A DNA stretch of 32,000 bases from an uncultured Candidatus Saccharimonas sp. (GCA_963528875.1 CAURWT010000002.1:120001-152000); one strand, 5' to 3'. Shown: positions 1-8,910, counted from the first letter of the stretch. Numbers and translations are program-made. The notes: a model not told the origin generated them from the letters alone.

Positions 1-829
1 GTGAAATTTTATGAGTTCTAAAATATTCAATAGCTTTTTTAAAGTTAATAATTTGCCCTTCTGCGGAATCGGCTGTCGACATCCTCGCAAAGTAACTTAT
101 ACCTTCTACAGAAACTTCAACCTGTCGTAAACTAAGGGGCGGAATACGAATTTTCGAAACCTCTAGTCCTTGTTTGTTCGCAGCAGAAACTAGTTTTCCA
201 ATAAAGCTAAAAAAGCTACTGCTTGCAACATTTTTACCGTTAGAAACTATAGCACCACTATCATCAATTATATTTAGTGACGGTTTTTCAAAATTATTAA
301 CACTAAAAGATATACCTTCAGAATCTACAAAAAATTCTTTACTATCGACCAACCAAGAAGCAACAGGTTTTCGAAAATCAAGATAAATTTTATATGAGGT
401 TAAACCATTAAATTTAATATCCGAAATAGATAACACCTCTGGATAATCTTTTTGAAGACTTTCAAGTAAAGCATTTTTATTTAAATTTGACAAAATCCGT
501 TCACTCGGATTTATATTTAAATATTCTTCAACTGATTTTTCATATTTACTTAAATTTTGGCTTTTTGACTCATTTGAAACTACTGAAACCTTAGAAATAA
601 ACTGAAATAAAAATATAGAAATTAAACTTATAAAAATAGCTAAAATTATGAAAAAAGCACCTAGCTTTCTTCGGCGAATAACTAATTTTTGATTTTCTAA
701 ACGCTCAGAATGCTCTTTTTGATGCCGTGAAATTGTTTTTCCACGCCGAAAATCACCCTTCTCTTTTGAGCGTTCTTCTAGGATCTTTTCGCGCATTTCG
801 CGTCGAGTTAAGTTTTTTTCTTCTTTCAT
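1..829 (-). CDS. ftsQ: FtsQ/DivIB-like cell-division protein (3' end runs off the window)
   Basis: Absent from the ORF track because it is open at the window edge. My translation from the ATG (revcomp 827-829) reads MKEEKNLTRREMREKILEERSKEKGDFRRGK..LGAFFIILAIFISLISIFLFQFI.. That gives a basic cytoplasmic tail, one TM helix and an external domain. It sits directly after murG, the canonical ftsQ slot in a dcw cluster. Confidence 0.55.
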   Translation of the reverse strand, partial: MKEEKNLTRREMREKILEERSKEKGDFRRGKTISRHQKEHSERLENQKLVIRRRKLGAFFIILAIFISLISIFLFQFISKVSVVSNESKSQNLSKYEKSVEEYLNINPSERILSNLNKNALLESLQKDYPEVLSISDIKFNGLTSYKIYLDFRKPVASWLVDSKEFFVDSEGISFSVNNFEKPSLNIIDDSGAIVSNGKNVASSSFFSFIGKLVSAANKQGLEVSKIRIPPLSLRQVEVSVEGISYFARMSTADSAEGQIINFKKAIEYFRTHKIS

Positions 830-838
830 CTAACTATA

Positions 839-847
839 ATTATACCA
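839..847 (-). promoter_or_regulatory. Extended -10 promoter TGGTATAAT, 9 nt from the ftsQ-like ATG (leaderless type)
   Basis: The plus strand reads attatacca, which is TGGTATAAT on the minus strand. It lies in the 33-bp murG/ftsQ gap and there is no room for a Shine-Dalgarno. Confidence 0.6.
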
Positions 848-862
848 TAAGCTCAATATTTT

Positions 863-2020
863 TTATAGTTTCACAGCCTCAAAAATCATTTCTGCAACAT
901 CTTTAGCAGCATTAGGCTTAGCAAACTTACCAAATTCTTTACCAAGTTTAAGCATCTCTTCTGGATTTTCTAAAGTTCTCAAAATTTCATCTGAAAGGAT
1001 TTCTGGATTTTTTTCAATTTCATCGTCTGAAACAATCTTAACAGCATTAGATTTTTGATAAACCTGCGCATTTTTTAATTGATGTCCACCTGTTAATCTT
1101 GCGTTTGGAACAAGAATTGTTGGCTTGTGAAGCGCGGCAAGTTCAAGGTTGGAAGTTGCACCAGCCCGAGCAACAACCAAATCTGCAGCAGCTAAAAACT
1201 TCCACATATCTTTTGATACAAAACTTAACAAGTAAAAATCCTTCGAAAACCCCTCAGTTTTTCTCTTAAGTTCACTAAATTGAGATACGCCAGAAATTAG
1301 AACAATTTGAGCGGATTTTGAAAGCTCCCTGCCCTTTGAAACTACCGCATTGTTAAGCCGAGTTGCACCAAGACCACCACCAGTAACTAAAACAAGAGGC
1401 TTACTTTTCGAAAACCCGAGCTCAACCTTAAAATTATCTTGTTCTTTTTTACTATATTTTTTAAAATTTTCAAGTACCGGAATTCCAACGTAATTTGAAA
1501 TTTCTTTTGGATAATTATAAAATTCGAGTGGTGCGCCTGTTGCAATCCTTTTAGCAAATTTTGAAATAATACGATTAGCTAAACCTGGGTGAGCATCAGA
1601 ATCATGTATCACAATTGGAATTCTCAAAATCCAAGCGCTTATTCCAACAGGAACACAAACAAACCCACCTTTACAGAAAATAACATCTGGTCGCCAAAAA
1701 ATTAGTTTGAAAAAAGACTGAAAAATACCAGCAATATTTCGAAAAATATCTATAAGATTGCCAAAAACAACACTTGGAATTGTAAGATGTTGCCAAAAAG
1801 TTAAGTGATTGTAGCGGCGAAATTTCCCACTTGAAATTTTCGAAATTTTAACTCTTTCACCAAAAGAATCAGTCATTATTTTTTTAGCCTGTGGTGCAAA
1901 TTTTTTATCACACCAAAAATGTAATTCTACTTTTGGATTTTTCTTTAAAATTTCCTTAAAAACTGCCACGATTGGAACTACGTGACCGCCCGACCCGCCG
2001 CCGACTGCCAATATTTTCAT
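863..2020 (-). CDS. murG: UDP-GlcNAc:lipid I N-acetylglucosaminyltransferase MurG
   Basis: MKILAVGGGSGGHVVP.. glycine-rich N-terminus and a ..GATSNLELAAL..P.. C-domain in dcw context. Start trimmed from 2089 to the ATG at 2020, which is preceded by GGAGGAAGG. Confidence 0.9.
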   Translation of the reverse strand: MKILAVGGGSGGHVVPIVAVFKEILKKNPKVELHFWCDKKFAPQAKKIMTDSFGERVKISKISSGKFRRYNHLTFWQHLTIPSVVFGNLIDIFRNIAGIFQSFFKLIFWRPDVIFCKGGFVCVPVGISAWILRIPIVIHDSDAHPGLANRIISKFAKRIATGAPLEFYNYPKEISNYVGIPVLENFKKYSKKEQDNFKVELGFSKSKPLVLVTGGGLGATRLNNAVVSKGRELSKSAQIVLISGVSQFSELKRKTEGFSKDFYLLSFVSKDMWKFLAAADLVVARAGATSNLELAALHKPTILVPNARLTGGHQLKNAQVYQKSNAVKIVSDDEIEKNPEILSDEILRTLENPEEMLKLGKEFGKFAKPNAAKDVAEMIFEAVKL

Positions 2021-3524
2021 TGCCTTCCTCCTTAAAATCTTCAACTTGAGTAAATGATGTGTAGTTCGAAATATTAAACACAACACCAAGAACTGTCAAA
2101 ATAACAACCAAACTCGTTCCACCATAAGAAATTAACGGAATTGTAATACCTTTAAGCGGAAATAGCCCAACCATCGCTGCAATATTAATAATTGTTTGCG
2201 AAGCTAGCCACCCAGCAACACCGGCCACAAAAAGGCGGCTCGCAGGGTTTTCCATTTTTGAAATAATCACAAGAAGCTGATAAAACAGCCCAAAATAAAT
2301 TGCAATAATAAAAATTAAACCAACAAAACCAAACATTTCACCCATTACGGCAAAAATTGAGTCGTTAATGGTTTCAGGCAAATAACCAGCAGATTGGACT
2401 GAATTTCCAATCCCTAAGCCCAAAACTCCGCCCGAACCAATCGCGAGCTTTGCATTACAAATATGATATTGATCCTTACCACTTTCAGTTAAAATATTAC
2501 TACAATCACCGCTCGAAAAAGTTAAAATTCGAGAAATTCGATGAGGCTCGAAAACAATTAGAAGAACAACCCCAACCAAAACCAACACACCAATTGGAAT
2601 TAATTTTTTAGACTTCATACCTGCAATAATAAACTGGAATGCAATCGCAATAATAATTGTCGTTGCCGTTCCGAGATCTTTTTGAAAACCAGCAATCACC
2701 AAAAGTACCGCAATAATTACAACTGAAGCCGGCAAAATCGTTTCTTTATAGCTGTTGATTTTTCCCTTCGAAGCTTGAGCGCCAAGGAAAGTTGAAAGAA
2801 GTAAAATCACGCCAATCTTTAAAAACTCAGCTTGTTGAAAACTGAAACCAGAAAAGCCAAACCAGCGACAAGCTCCATTTTCACAAATTACAGGAGGAAG
2901 ATTAAACAACGCTAAGCCTGCAAGAGCTACACATAAAATTAGAGAAAAGATAAAGAATTGTAATGATTTCGAAAAAATCCAGTTGAGTGGAATTGCCTTC
3001 ATTCCAAAAAAGAAGATCAAACCAACCGCGATATAAATTAAATGTCGCCAGAAGAAATAATAATCATCATAGTTCGCGCCTTTAGCAATATTCAATGAAT
3101 TTGCCCGCTGCGGGCTTAACGAAAACATTACAACCAAACCAATCAACAACAGCAGACAGATGAAAAGAAATAGCATATAGTTTGCACGATGCTTGCGGAT
3201 TTTTTCGAAGCCTTCAAGATTGAGGCGTTTTTTATTGTCAGCTTTAACACTTTCATAAATTCTCACGCAAGGATTTACGATGAAAATTAAAAACATTGAA
3301 CGAATTAAAAATATAACTCGCTCCAAAAAACCTGCAAAATCACCGTTCAAAAATTGCTGAAAAATTACAGAAAAATTATCATTATTCAAATCACTTTTTA
3401 AAAAGCTTTGGCTATGTGATTTTCGAAAAGATGAATTTCGAACTTGTGGCGTTCGAGATTGACGACGAGATGAATAGTTTTCGAAACCTCGTCGTTCACT
3501 CAAATTCCTATTCCTTCTTTCCAT
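1956..3524 (-). CDS. ftsW: SEDS-family peptidoglycan polymerase FtsW/RodA with a long basic Ser/Arg-rich N-terminal tail
   Basis: 522-aa polytopic membrane protein with ..LPETINDSIFAVMGEMFGFVG.. and ..FPLKGITIPLISYGGTS.. SEDS motifs. Lies between mraY and murG. The 3' end overlaps murG by 65 nt. Confidence 0.88.
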   Translation of the reverse strand: MERRNRNLSERRGFENYSSRRQSRTPQVRNSSFRKSHSQSFLKSDLNNDNFSVIFQQFLNGDFAGFLERVIFLIRSMFLIFIVNPCVRIYESVKADNKKRLNLEGFEKIRKHRANYMLFLFICLLLLIGLVVMFSLSPQRANSLNIAKGANYDDYYFFWRHLIYIAVGLIFFFGMKAIPLNWIFSKSLQFFIFSLILCVALAGLALFNLPPVICENGACRWFGFSGFSFQQAEFLKIGVILLLSTFLGAQASKGKINSYKETILPASVVIIAVLLVIAGFQKDLGTATTIIIAIAFQFIIAGMKSKKLIPIGVLVLVGVVLLIVFEPHRISRILTFSSGDCSNILTESGKDQYHICNAKLAIGSGGVLGLGIGNSVQSAGYLPETINDSIFAVMGEMFGFVGLIFIIAIYFGLFYQLLVIISKMENPASRLFVAGVAGWLASQTIINIAAMVGLFPLKGITIPLISYGGTSLVVILTVLGVVFNISNYTSFTQVEDFKEEGNENIGSRRRVGRSRSSNRGSF

Positions 3525-3525
3525 T

Positions 3526-4551
3526 TTAAAGAATTTTATGCTCTACCAGCGCCAAAATTACACCAATAAAGGCCATAACCATTCCGATAATCCAAAAACG
3601 CATTGTGATTTTAGTTTCTTCCCAGCCGGTAGCTTCAAGATGATGATGAATTGGCGCAGAAATAAAGATTTTTCGTTTAAATACTTTTTTCGAAAAAATT
3701 TGAATCGCGCTTGAACCAGCTTCGATTACAAAAATTAAGCCAATTACAGGAAGAAGAAGGAGCGAATTTGTAAGCATTGCAACTACTCCGAGAGTCGTTC
3801 CCCAAGCAAAAGAGCCAACATCGCCCATAAAGAAACGTGCAGGATAAACATTAAACCATAAATACGCAAGAAGTGCGCCAAGAACAGTAAAACAAAATAC
3901 CGCTAAATTATGCTGATTCTGAACAAGAGCAATAATTCCGAAAGCGCCGAAAGCAGCACTCAATAATCCACCCGCCAAACCATCGAGTCCGTCAGAAATA
4001 TTTACAGCATTACTTGTTGCAACAATAGCAAAAATAAAGAGTGGAACCATCCAGTATCCAATTTCAATATTACCAATAAAAGGAATCATAACACTTGTAA
4101 AGTGAAGTTTAAAAGTAAAAAACCACGCCAAGAAACCAGCAAGAGAGATAATCATCGCAAACTTAACAGGAGCACGGAGTCCAGCATCTTTACGATTCGA
4201 ACCCCAAATATTTAAGATGTCATCGATTAAACCAATAAACGCACCACCAGCAAGCCCAGCAAGTGGCAACCAAGTTTGCTCACGCTTCAAATTTAATAAA
4301 ACAGAAATGATAATAACCGCAATTACGCCAATAATTCCTGCCATAGTAGGAATATTACGTGCGATTTTTTTAGCGTGCAATTTATTTACAACAGTTAAAG
4401 CTTCACCTGTAACAGATGCTGTTTTTTGTTTCTTCCAGAATTTATACTTATAAGCAAAAAAAGTATAAATTGGCGTTAAAGCCATTGCCAGAATGAACCC
4501 AGCAAGACTAAATAATGCAGAAACGATTAATTGATTTGTGATATTTAACAT
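3526..4551 (-). CDS. mraY: Phospho-N-acetylmuramoyl-pentapeptide transferase MraY
   Basis: 341-aa polytopic protein with NAVNISDGLDGLA, MGDVGSFAWG and APIHHHLE motifs typical of MraY. Confidence 0.95.
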   Translation of the reverse strand: MLNITNQLIVSALFSLAGFILAMALTPIYTFFAYKYKFWKKQKTASVTGEALTVVNKLHAKKIARNIPTMAGIIGVIAVIIISVLLNLKREQTWLPLAGLAGGAFIGLIDDILNIWGSNRKDAGLRAPVKFAMIISLAGFLAWFFTFKLHFTSVMIPFIGNIEIGYWMVPLFIFAIVATSNAVNISDGLDGLAGGLLSAAFGAFGIIALVQNQHNLAVFCFTVLGALLAYLWFNVYPARFFMGDVGSFAWGTTLGVVAMLTNSLLLLPVIGLIFVIEAGSSAIQIFSKKVFKRKIFISAPIHHHLEATGWEETKITMRFWIIGMVMAFIGVILALVEHKIL

Positions 4552-4560
4552 ATTCCCTCT

Positions 4561-6303
4561 TTAATTCTTTGGTTTAATCTCTAAATAATTTAATAGCCAG
4601 TTTGAAATTTCGGTGAAAATCGGTGCAGCATCTTTGGATCCTTGCAAATTCTGATTTTCACCCCAAACCGCTACCATTATAACATACTCGGCTTCATCTC
4701 CGCCACCAAAACCAACATAACTACCAATTGTCTGATAATCAACATATTTTCCACCAACGATCGTCTGGCTTGTTCCGGTTTTTCCGCCAATTTGATAACC
4801 CGATGGATCTTTTGCACCGCCAACTTTTCGAACACCTTCCAGAACTTGTCTCATCTGTTCACTGGTTTCTTTCGAAATTACCGCTTCTTTATTAATTTCA
4901 GGCTCTTTTTTCGAAAGCTTTCCATTTTCATCAACTATTCCTTCAATCAGGCTTGGCTTATATAAAGTTCCACCATTCACTAGTGAAGAAAAAGCATTTG
5001 CCGTTTGAAGCATTGTTGTGGTCATACCTTGGCCAAAAGTCATATTCGAATATCGAACCGCATTTCCTTCAGCTTTTTTTGGTGAAACTAGCAAACCTTT
5101 GCTTTCAAGAACTTCAATTCCAGTCTCCTGCCCAAGCCCAAAACGATTATGGAAATAATCATAAATCTTATCCCGAGCGGTTGAGTTAAGACTTCCACCA
5201 CCAAGGAGCTTTCCAATAGTCACCATTCCAGTATTGAGCGAATAATTCATGGCTGTTTGAAGAGTAATCGAACCAGTATGCCCCAAAACTGCATTTTGAA
5301 TTACAATATCTTCAATTCTAATTGAATCAGTATTGTTATATCGAGTTGAAGGACTTGCAACGCCTTCATTAATTCCTGTTGCCATAGTGAAAGATTTTAT
5401 CACCGAGCCATTCTCATAAGCCATTGTTGTAGTATTATTATTATATACTGAGCTTTTTTCAACTTTACCATAATCTGCTGGGTTGTAAGTTGGATAGTTC
5501 GCCATTGCCATAATTTTGCCATTTTTTGGATTCATAACCAAAACTGAGCCATTTTTCATACCTTTTGACTCCATTTGCGATTTTAAAACCTTTTCAACGC
5601 GAGCCTGAATATTACGATCAATTGATAACGCGATATTTTTTCCATTTATGGCTGGCTTTTCGATATTCTCACTTCCAACTTCAATAACCTGATTGAATGC
5701 ATCGGTAGTAATTTTTTTATAGCCGTCAGTTCCCGTCAATTCTTTATTCATTGCCTGTTCGATGCCATAATTCCCGCCATTGTCATTTACAAAACCAAGA
5801 ACTTGCGCAGCTAAATTTCCCTCAGGATAAACTCGGCGAGTTTCTGCAGTAAATCCGACCCCATGAAATTTCTTTTCACGAATTGCATTTGCCTGTTTTA
5901 ATGAAAGTTTAGTTCCAACAACTTGGTATCGCGTGCTGGTTTTTTCGAAAAGCTTTTCAAAATCATCCCTTAAATTTCCGCCAGCAATTTTCCTAAACTC
6001 TGAAATAATTTCATTTTTTTTAACTTTTTTTGAATTTGCAATTTCCTGCGGGTCAATCCAAAGCGTATAAACAGTTTCATTCAAAACCATTTTAGTTAGT
6101 TTTTTGCCATCCATTGCGTAAATTAAACCGCGTTGAGCTTTAATTTCAAATTGTTTTCTCTGACCTTTATCAGCACGGGCACGATAATCCGCACCTTCAA
6201 TAACTTGCAAGAAAAAAAGACGAACCACAATTACCGCAAAAACCCCTAAAATTGAGACTGCGAGATAACCTGTTCGACTTTTATTCTTAAAACCTAAAAT
6301 CAT
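4561..6303 (-). CDS. ftsI: Class B penicillin-binding protein / transpeptidase FtsI
   Basis: 580 aa with an N-terminal TM anchor, a dimerisation domain and a transpeptidase domain (SVIKSF = SxxK, ..GKTGTSQ = KTG). dcw position is after the ftsL-like gene. Confidence 0.9.
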   Translation of the reverse strand: MILGFKNKSRTGYLAVSILGVFAVIVVRLFFLQVIEGADYRARADKGQRKQFEIKAQRGLIYAMDGKKLTKMVLNETVYTLWIDPQEIANSKKVKKNEIISEFRKIAGGNLRDDFEKLFEKTSTRYQVVGTKLSLKQANAIREKKFHGVGFTAETRRVYPEGNLAAQVLGFVNDNGGNYGIEQAMNKELTGTDGYKKITTDAFNQVIEVGSENIEKPAINGKNIALSIDRNIQARVEKVLKSQMESKGMKNGSVLVMNPKNGKIMAMANYPTYNPADYGKVEKSSVYNNNTTTMAYENGSVIKSFTMATGINEGVASPSTRYNNTDSIRIEDIVIQNAVLGHTGSITLQTAMNYSLNTGMVTIGKLLGGGSLNSTARDKIYDYFHNRFGLGQETGIEVLESKGLLVSPKKAEGNAVRYSNMTFGQGMTTTMLQTANAFSSLVNGGTLYKPSLIEGIVDENGKLSKKEPEINKEAVISKETSEQMRQVLEGVRKVGGAKDPSGYQIGGKTGTSQTIVGGKYVDYQTIGSYVGFGGGDEAEYVIMVAVWGENQNLQGSKDAAPIFTEISNWLLNYLEIKPKN

Positions 6304-6311
6304 ATAATTCT

Positions 6312-6320
6312 ATTTTATCA
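6312..6320 (-). promoter_or_regulatory. Extended -10 TGATAAAAT, 8 nt from the ftsI ATG (leaderless type)
   Basis: Plus-strand attttatca is TGATAAAAT on the minus strand. It overlaps a 6-bp inverted repeat, ATCACA(n5)TGTGAT, at 6317-6333. Confidence 0.5.
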
Positions 6321-6353
6321 CACTTTTTGTGATTTTTCGAAAAAAGCTTAACC

Positions 6354-6716
6354 TTATTTTGCGTAAGAAACTGACGCCGGAGTTGTCATTTTCTTGGCGA
6401 CTTCGCTATTTTCAATATTCGAAAGCGCTGTAAGCCGTGCATTTTCCACTTCTAAATCAGCCTTTTTAGTTTCTAAATCTGAAATTTTCGAATCAATTTG
6501 CTGAATTTCATTTCCATAAAGTGCCGGTTTAGAAGAATTCATTAAGAAGATAATTCCAAGAACAGCAATCAAAACACCAAGCATCAAAAATTGCGTTACT
6601 ACACCAAGTTTTGCTGTTGGCTGAAAAATAGCGATATTGTTATTTCTTCCATATGACCGCGACGAAACTTGTGTTTGGCGACGGCGACTAACATAATTTG
6701 TGTTTGTTTTATACAT
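6354..6716 (-). CDS. FtsL/DivIC-like bitopic division protein
   Basis: 120 aa: cytoplasmic N-terminus, one TM (VVTQFLMLGVLIAVLGIIFLM), then a coiled coil (IDSKISDLETKKADLEVENARL). Positioned between rsmH and ftsI. Confidence 0.55.
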   Translation of the reverse strand: MYKTNTNYVSRRRQTQVSSRSYGRNNNIAIFQPTAKLGVVTQFLMLGVLIAVLGIIFLMNSSKPALYGNEIQQIDSKISDLETKKADLEVENARLTALSNIENSEVAKKMTTPASVSYAK

Positions 6717-6745
6717 TGGTTTTTTGTTGCGTTAAATTTAATATT

Positions 6746-6788
6746 CAATAAAATAAAGCACCAGACCAGTTTTTTGGCTGGTGCCTTA
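6746..6788 (-). terminator. Rho-independent terminator between rsmH and the ftsL-like gene
   Basis: Minus-strand RNA reads GGCACCAGCC-AAAAAACU-GG(U)CUGGUGC followed by UUUAUUUUAUU. The stem is 9 bp, GC-rich, with one bulge. Confidence 0.6.
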
Positions 6789-6841
6789 AAGTTTAGTTTC
6801 TGTTTTAAATTTTTGTTTTTGTTTTTCGAAAGTGTCAAATA

Positions 6842-6907
6842 CTATCGAAAATTAACTTTTACGCGAGCTTGTTCGTTAGCGTAGCTTACTTTGATTGTTT
6901 TTGGCAT
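6842..6907 (-). CDS. Possible 21-aa micro-ORF (MPKTIKVSYANEQARVKVNFR)
   Basis: Below the ORF-track size cut-off. The ATG is preceded by a strong SD (AAAAGGAGGCGAGATG) in otherwise AT-rich spacer, and the ORF ends at TAG just before the terminator. No homology recognised. Confidence 0.3.
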   Translation of the reverse strand: MPKTIKVSYANEQARVKVNFR

Positions 6908-6926
6908 CTCGCCTCCTTTTGTTTTT

Positions 6927-7823
6927 TTATTTTCTAATGCTCACTCGCAATTTTGCACTGCGGGCTCGCGGATTGTTAACATCTTCTTTTGCACCATTAA
7001 GCGGTTTTTTGGTAATTGTCTGAAATTTAGATTCCAAACCTTTTTTCGAATCTTCTTTGAAATAATTCTTCACTATTTTATCTTCAAGACTGTGAAAAGT
7101 TATAATTCCAACTCTTCCACCTGAATTTAATAGTTTCGGAAGCAATTTTAAAACCTCTTCAACTTGTTGAAGTTCATTATTTACCGCGATTCGAATCGCC
7201 TGAAAAGTGCGCGTTGCGGGGTGCGTTTTTTGCCAACCGCCTTTGTGCACGCTTAAAATTAAATCAGCCAGCTGCGTTGTGGTCTCAATTCTCTGCTTTT
7301 TTCGAACTTCTAAAATTTTCGAAACGATTCTTTCAGCAAAACCGCGCTTTTCTTCGCCAAATTCAATTAAAATTTGCAAAAGTTCGTTCTTGCTTGCGAA
7401 ATTCACAATATCTGCCGCTGTTTTTTCTTGAGCAGGATTCATTCGCATATCAAGTGGGCCATCTTTTCGAAAAGAAAATCCCCTTTCTGCAATATCTAAC
7501 TGAGGTGAAGAAACACCCAAATCTGCCAAAATTATATCAAATTTTTGACCTCTTTTTACCAATTCTTTTGCGACCGAAAGAAAATCTTTATGTAAAATCT
7601 CTACACCTTCATTTTTAAACCGTTGAAGCGTGCGAATTGCATTTTCATCTCTATCGACTAAAACCGAGTTTTCGAAATTCTCGGTTATACGCAAAAATTC
7701 GCCAGCGTGTCCTCCGTATCCTGCCGTAAGATCGAGATAACTTTCACCTCTCTTTGGCTGGATTTGTTGCAGACTTGCTTGCAGTAAAACTGGTATGTGA
7801 ACTGATTCTTCTGTGTAATTCAT
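6927..7823 (-). CDS. rsmH: 16S rRNA (cytosine1402-N4)-methyltransferase RsmH (MraW)
   Basis: HIPVLL.., YLDLTAGYGGHA, LADLGVSSPQLD and ..ITFHSLEDKIVK motifs. SD AGGTGG lies 10 nt upstream. Confidence 0.95.
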   Translation of the reverse strand: MNYTEESVHIPVLLQASLQQIQPKRGESYLDLTAGYGGHAGEFLRITENFENSVLVDRDENAIRTLQRFKNEGVEILHKDFLSVAKELVKRGQKFDIILADLGVSSPQLDIAERGFSFRKDGPLDMRMNPAQEKTAADIVNFASKNELLQILIEFGEEKRGFAERIVSKILEVRKKQRIETTTQLADLILSVHKGGWQKTHPATRTFQAIRIAVNNELQQVEEVLKLLPKLLNSGGRVGIITFHSLEDKIVKNYFKEDSKKGLESKFQTITKKPLNGAKEDVNNPRARSAKLRVSIRK

Positions 7824-8218
7824 AAATTTAAAGCCACCTAACTGATGATTAAACTTTTTGTTTTTGTTATATTTTTGTTTTAAGATTCATTATAAGTTTA
7901 GCTTTTTGCTTAGCGTATAGCCAATCATATTGCTGTTTGAGAGACTTATATATGAGGTGGAGTTTTATTTTGGGAGGTTTTAAAATGTGCTCCAGCTATT
8001 ATTTTAACCTGGTTACTGGAATTTGTCCAGCTGTTTAATCACCAGATAGTTGACCTTAAACTAAAAACTACATCTATTTTAACGTGCTTTTATTTTTGTT
8101 TAGTGGTTTTTCTGTTTGTTTCTGTCGTTGCCACTGATTTAAGTTTACCGCGAATTATTTTTTTTCGCAAGACCTATTTTTGACAAACACGCAAGTTTAG
8201 AAATAATTTTTTATATAT

Positions 8219-8276
8219 TTTTCCACAACTATGTGGAAAAGCAAGCCTTTTAACAGATATTTCCTACTTTTCCACA
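8219..8276. promoter_or_regulatory. Three DnaA-box-like 9-mers (TTTTCCACA), two of them forming a perfect 9-4-9 palindrome
   Basis: TTTTCCACA at 8219-8227, TGTGGAAAA at 8232-8240 and TTTTCCACA at 8268-8276. Each matches the TTATCCACA consensus at 8 of 9 positions. There is no flanking U-tract, so this is not a terminator. Confidence 0.35.
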
Positions 8277-8305
8277 ATGCTTGTGTTTAATTGTTGAAAA
8301 CTAAT

Positions 8306-8584
8306 TTATCGTGGCAATAATGCACTAATTAATGCAGTATCATATTTTGTTGTAGATATTAAAATCAAGTATGTCACAAATACAACAAGATTGATTGCAA
8401 GTGAAAGAACCAAAACTGCACTTCGAAAATCTTGCGTAACTTGGTCAACCACTACTGTTCCATCTTCAGCAATAATAATTCCATTATTTGTAAGCAAAGT
8501 TTTAGCTTTTTTAATATCTTGCTCTTTTTTTGAAACTTTTGTAGTTTTTTTAGCAATTTTTGTTTCTGTTTGTTTTTTTGTCAT
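8306..8584 (-). CDS. Small hypothetical membrane protein (Lys-rich N-terminus, C-terminal TM helix)
   Basis: 92-aa ORF reading MTKKQTETKIAKKTTKVSKKEQDIKK...AVLVLSLAINLVVFVTYLILI. Weak AAGGAAA SD. No family recognised. Confidence 0.45.
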   Translation of the reverse strand: MTKKQTETKIAKKTTKVSKKEQDIKKAKTLLTNNGIIIAEDGTVVVDQVTQDFRSAVLVLSLAINLVVFVTYLILISTTKYDTALISALLPR

Positions 8585-8834
8585 TTTTTTCCTTTTTTTG
8601 TTTATTTGACTTATTTGATCTTAATTGTTTTTTATGTTTATATAATAGCATAAGTTTTTTAAAAAGTCAATAGCTTTTATGCTAAATTATTTTAAAATAT
8701 TTCAAAACCCTCTGCCAACAATTTGTTCGCTTGACATTGTATAGTTTTATTTTATTTTATTTTTTGACATTTCACTATTTTATTGTTTTCATATTTTTAA
8801 ACCTTTAGCCTCACTATTCCATGAAAAATGATTA

Positions 8835-8869
8835 AAACTAAAAGACTCTCGAATTTTCGAAAGCCTTTT
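8835..8869 (-). terminator. Rho-independent terminator of the helicase operon
   Basis: Minus-strand RNA reads GGCUUUCGA-AAAU-UCGAGAGUC (9 bp including G-U pairs) followed by UUUUAGUUUU. Confidence 0.5.
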
Positions 8870-8910
8870 GCACACAATTGATTTTAAAACAAATTAACTA
8901 AAAATCTACT

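Noticed and set aside
174-386. Plus-strand ORFs from the six-frame track that lie antisense inside well-supported minus-strand genes. Examples: 174-386, 4217-4453, 4642-4965, 4953-5189, 6891-7124, 7207-7618, 8942-9295, 10622-10849, 12449-12682, 17390-17764, 19899-20096, 20795-21241, 21409-21830, 22940-23269, 23458-24263, 25481-26064, 26466-26871, 28662-28958, 29510-29804, 30006-30191 and 30677-30974. Also same-strand out-of-frame ORFs such as 6599-6838, 10938-11147, 15269-15869, 16023-16385, 17214-17396, 19352-20143, 20210-20467, 23586-23768, 24114-24314, 27364-27567 and 29449-29751.
   Set aside because: Each is fully embedded in a gene with clear family motifs. They have low-complexity or hydrophobic junk translations and no SD or promoter. 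They are the shadow frames expected in AT-rich DNA.
7951-8037. Plus-strand mini-ORFs: MRWSFILGGFKMCSSYYFNLVTGICPAV, or the 17-aa MCSSYYFNLVTGICPAV preceded by GGGAGG.
   Set aside because: I could find no convincing plus-strand promoter. The ORF is very short and there is no accompanying modification or transport genes that would suggest a RiPP. The SD-like purine runs may equally be structure on the minus-strand dcw leader.
7824-8910. Possible chromosomal replication origin, suggested by DnaA-box-like 9-mers at 8219-8276 plus very AT-rich T-tract DNA at 8585-8800.
   Set aside because: Genes on both sides run in the same (minus) direction. No dnaA or dnaN is nearby, and there are only three boxes. 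A local operator is more plausible. It is kept as a regulatory finding only.
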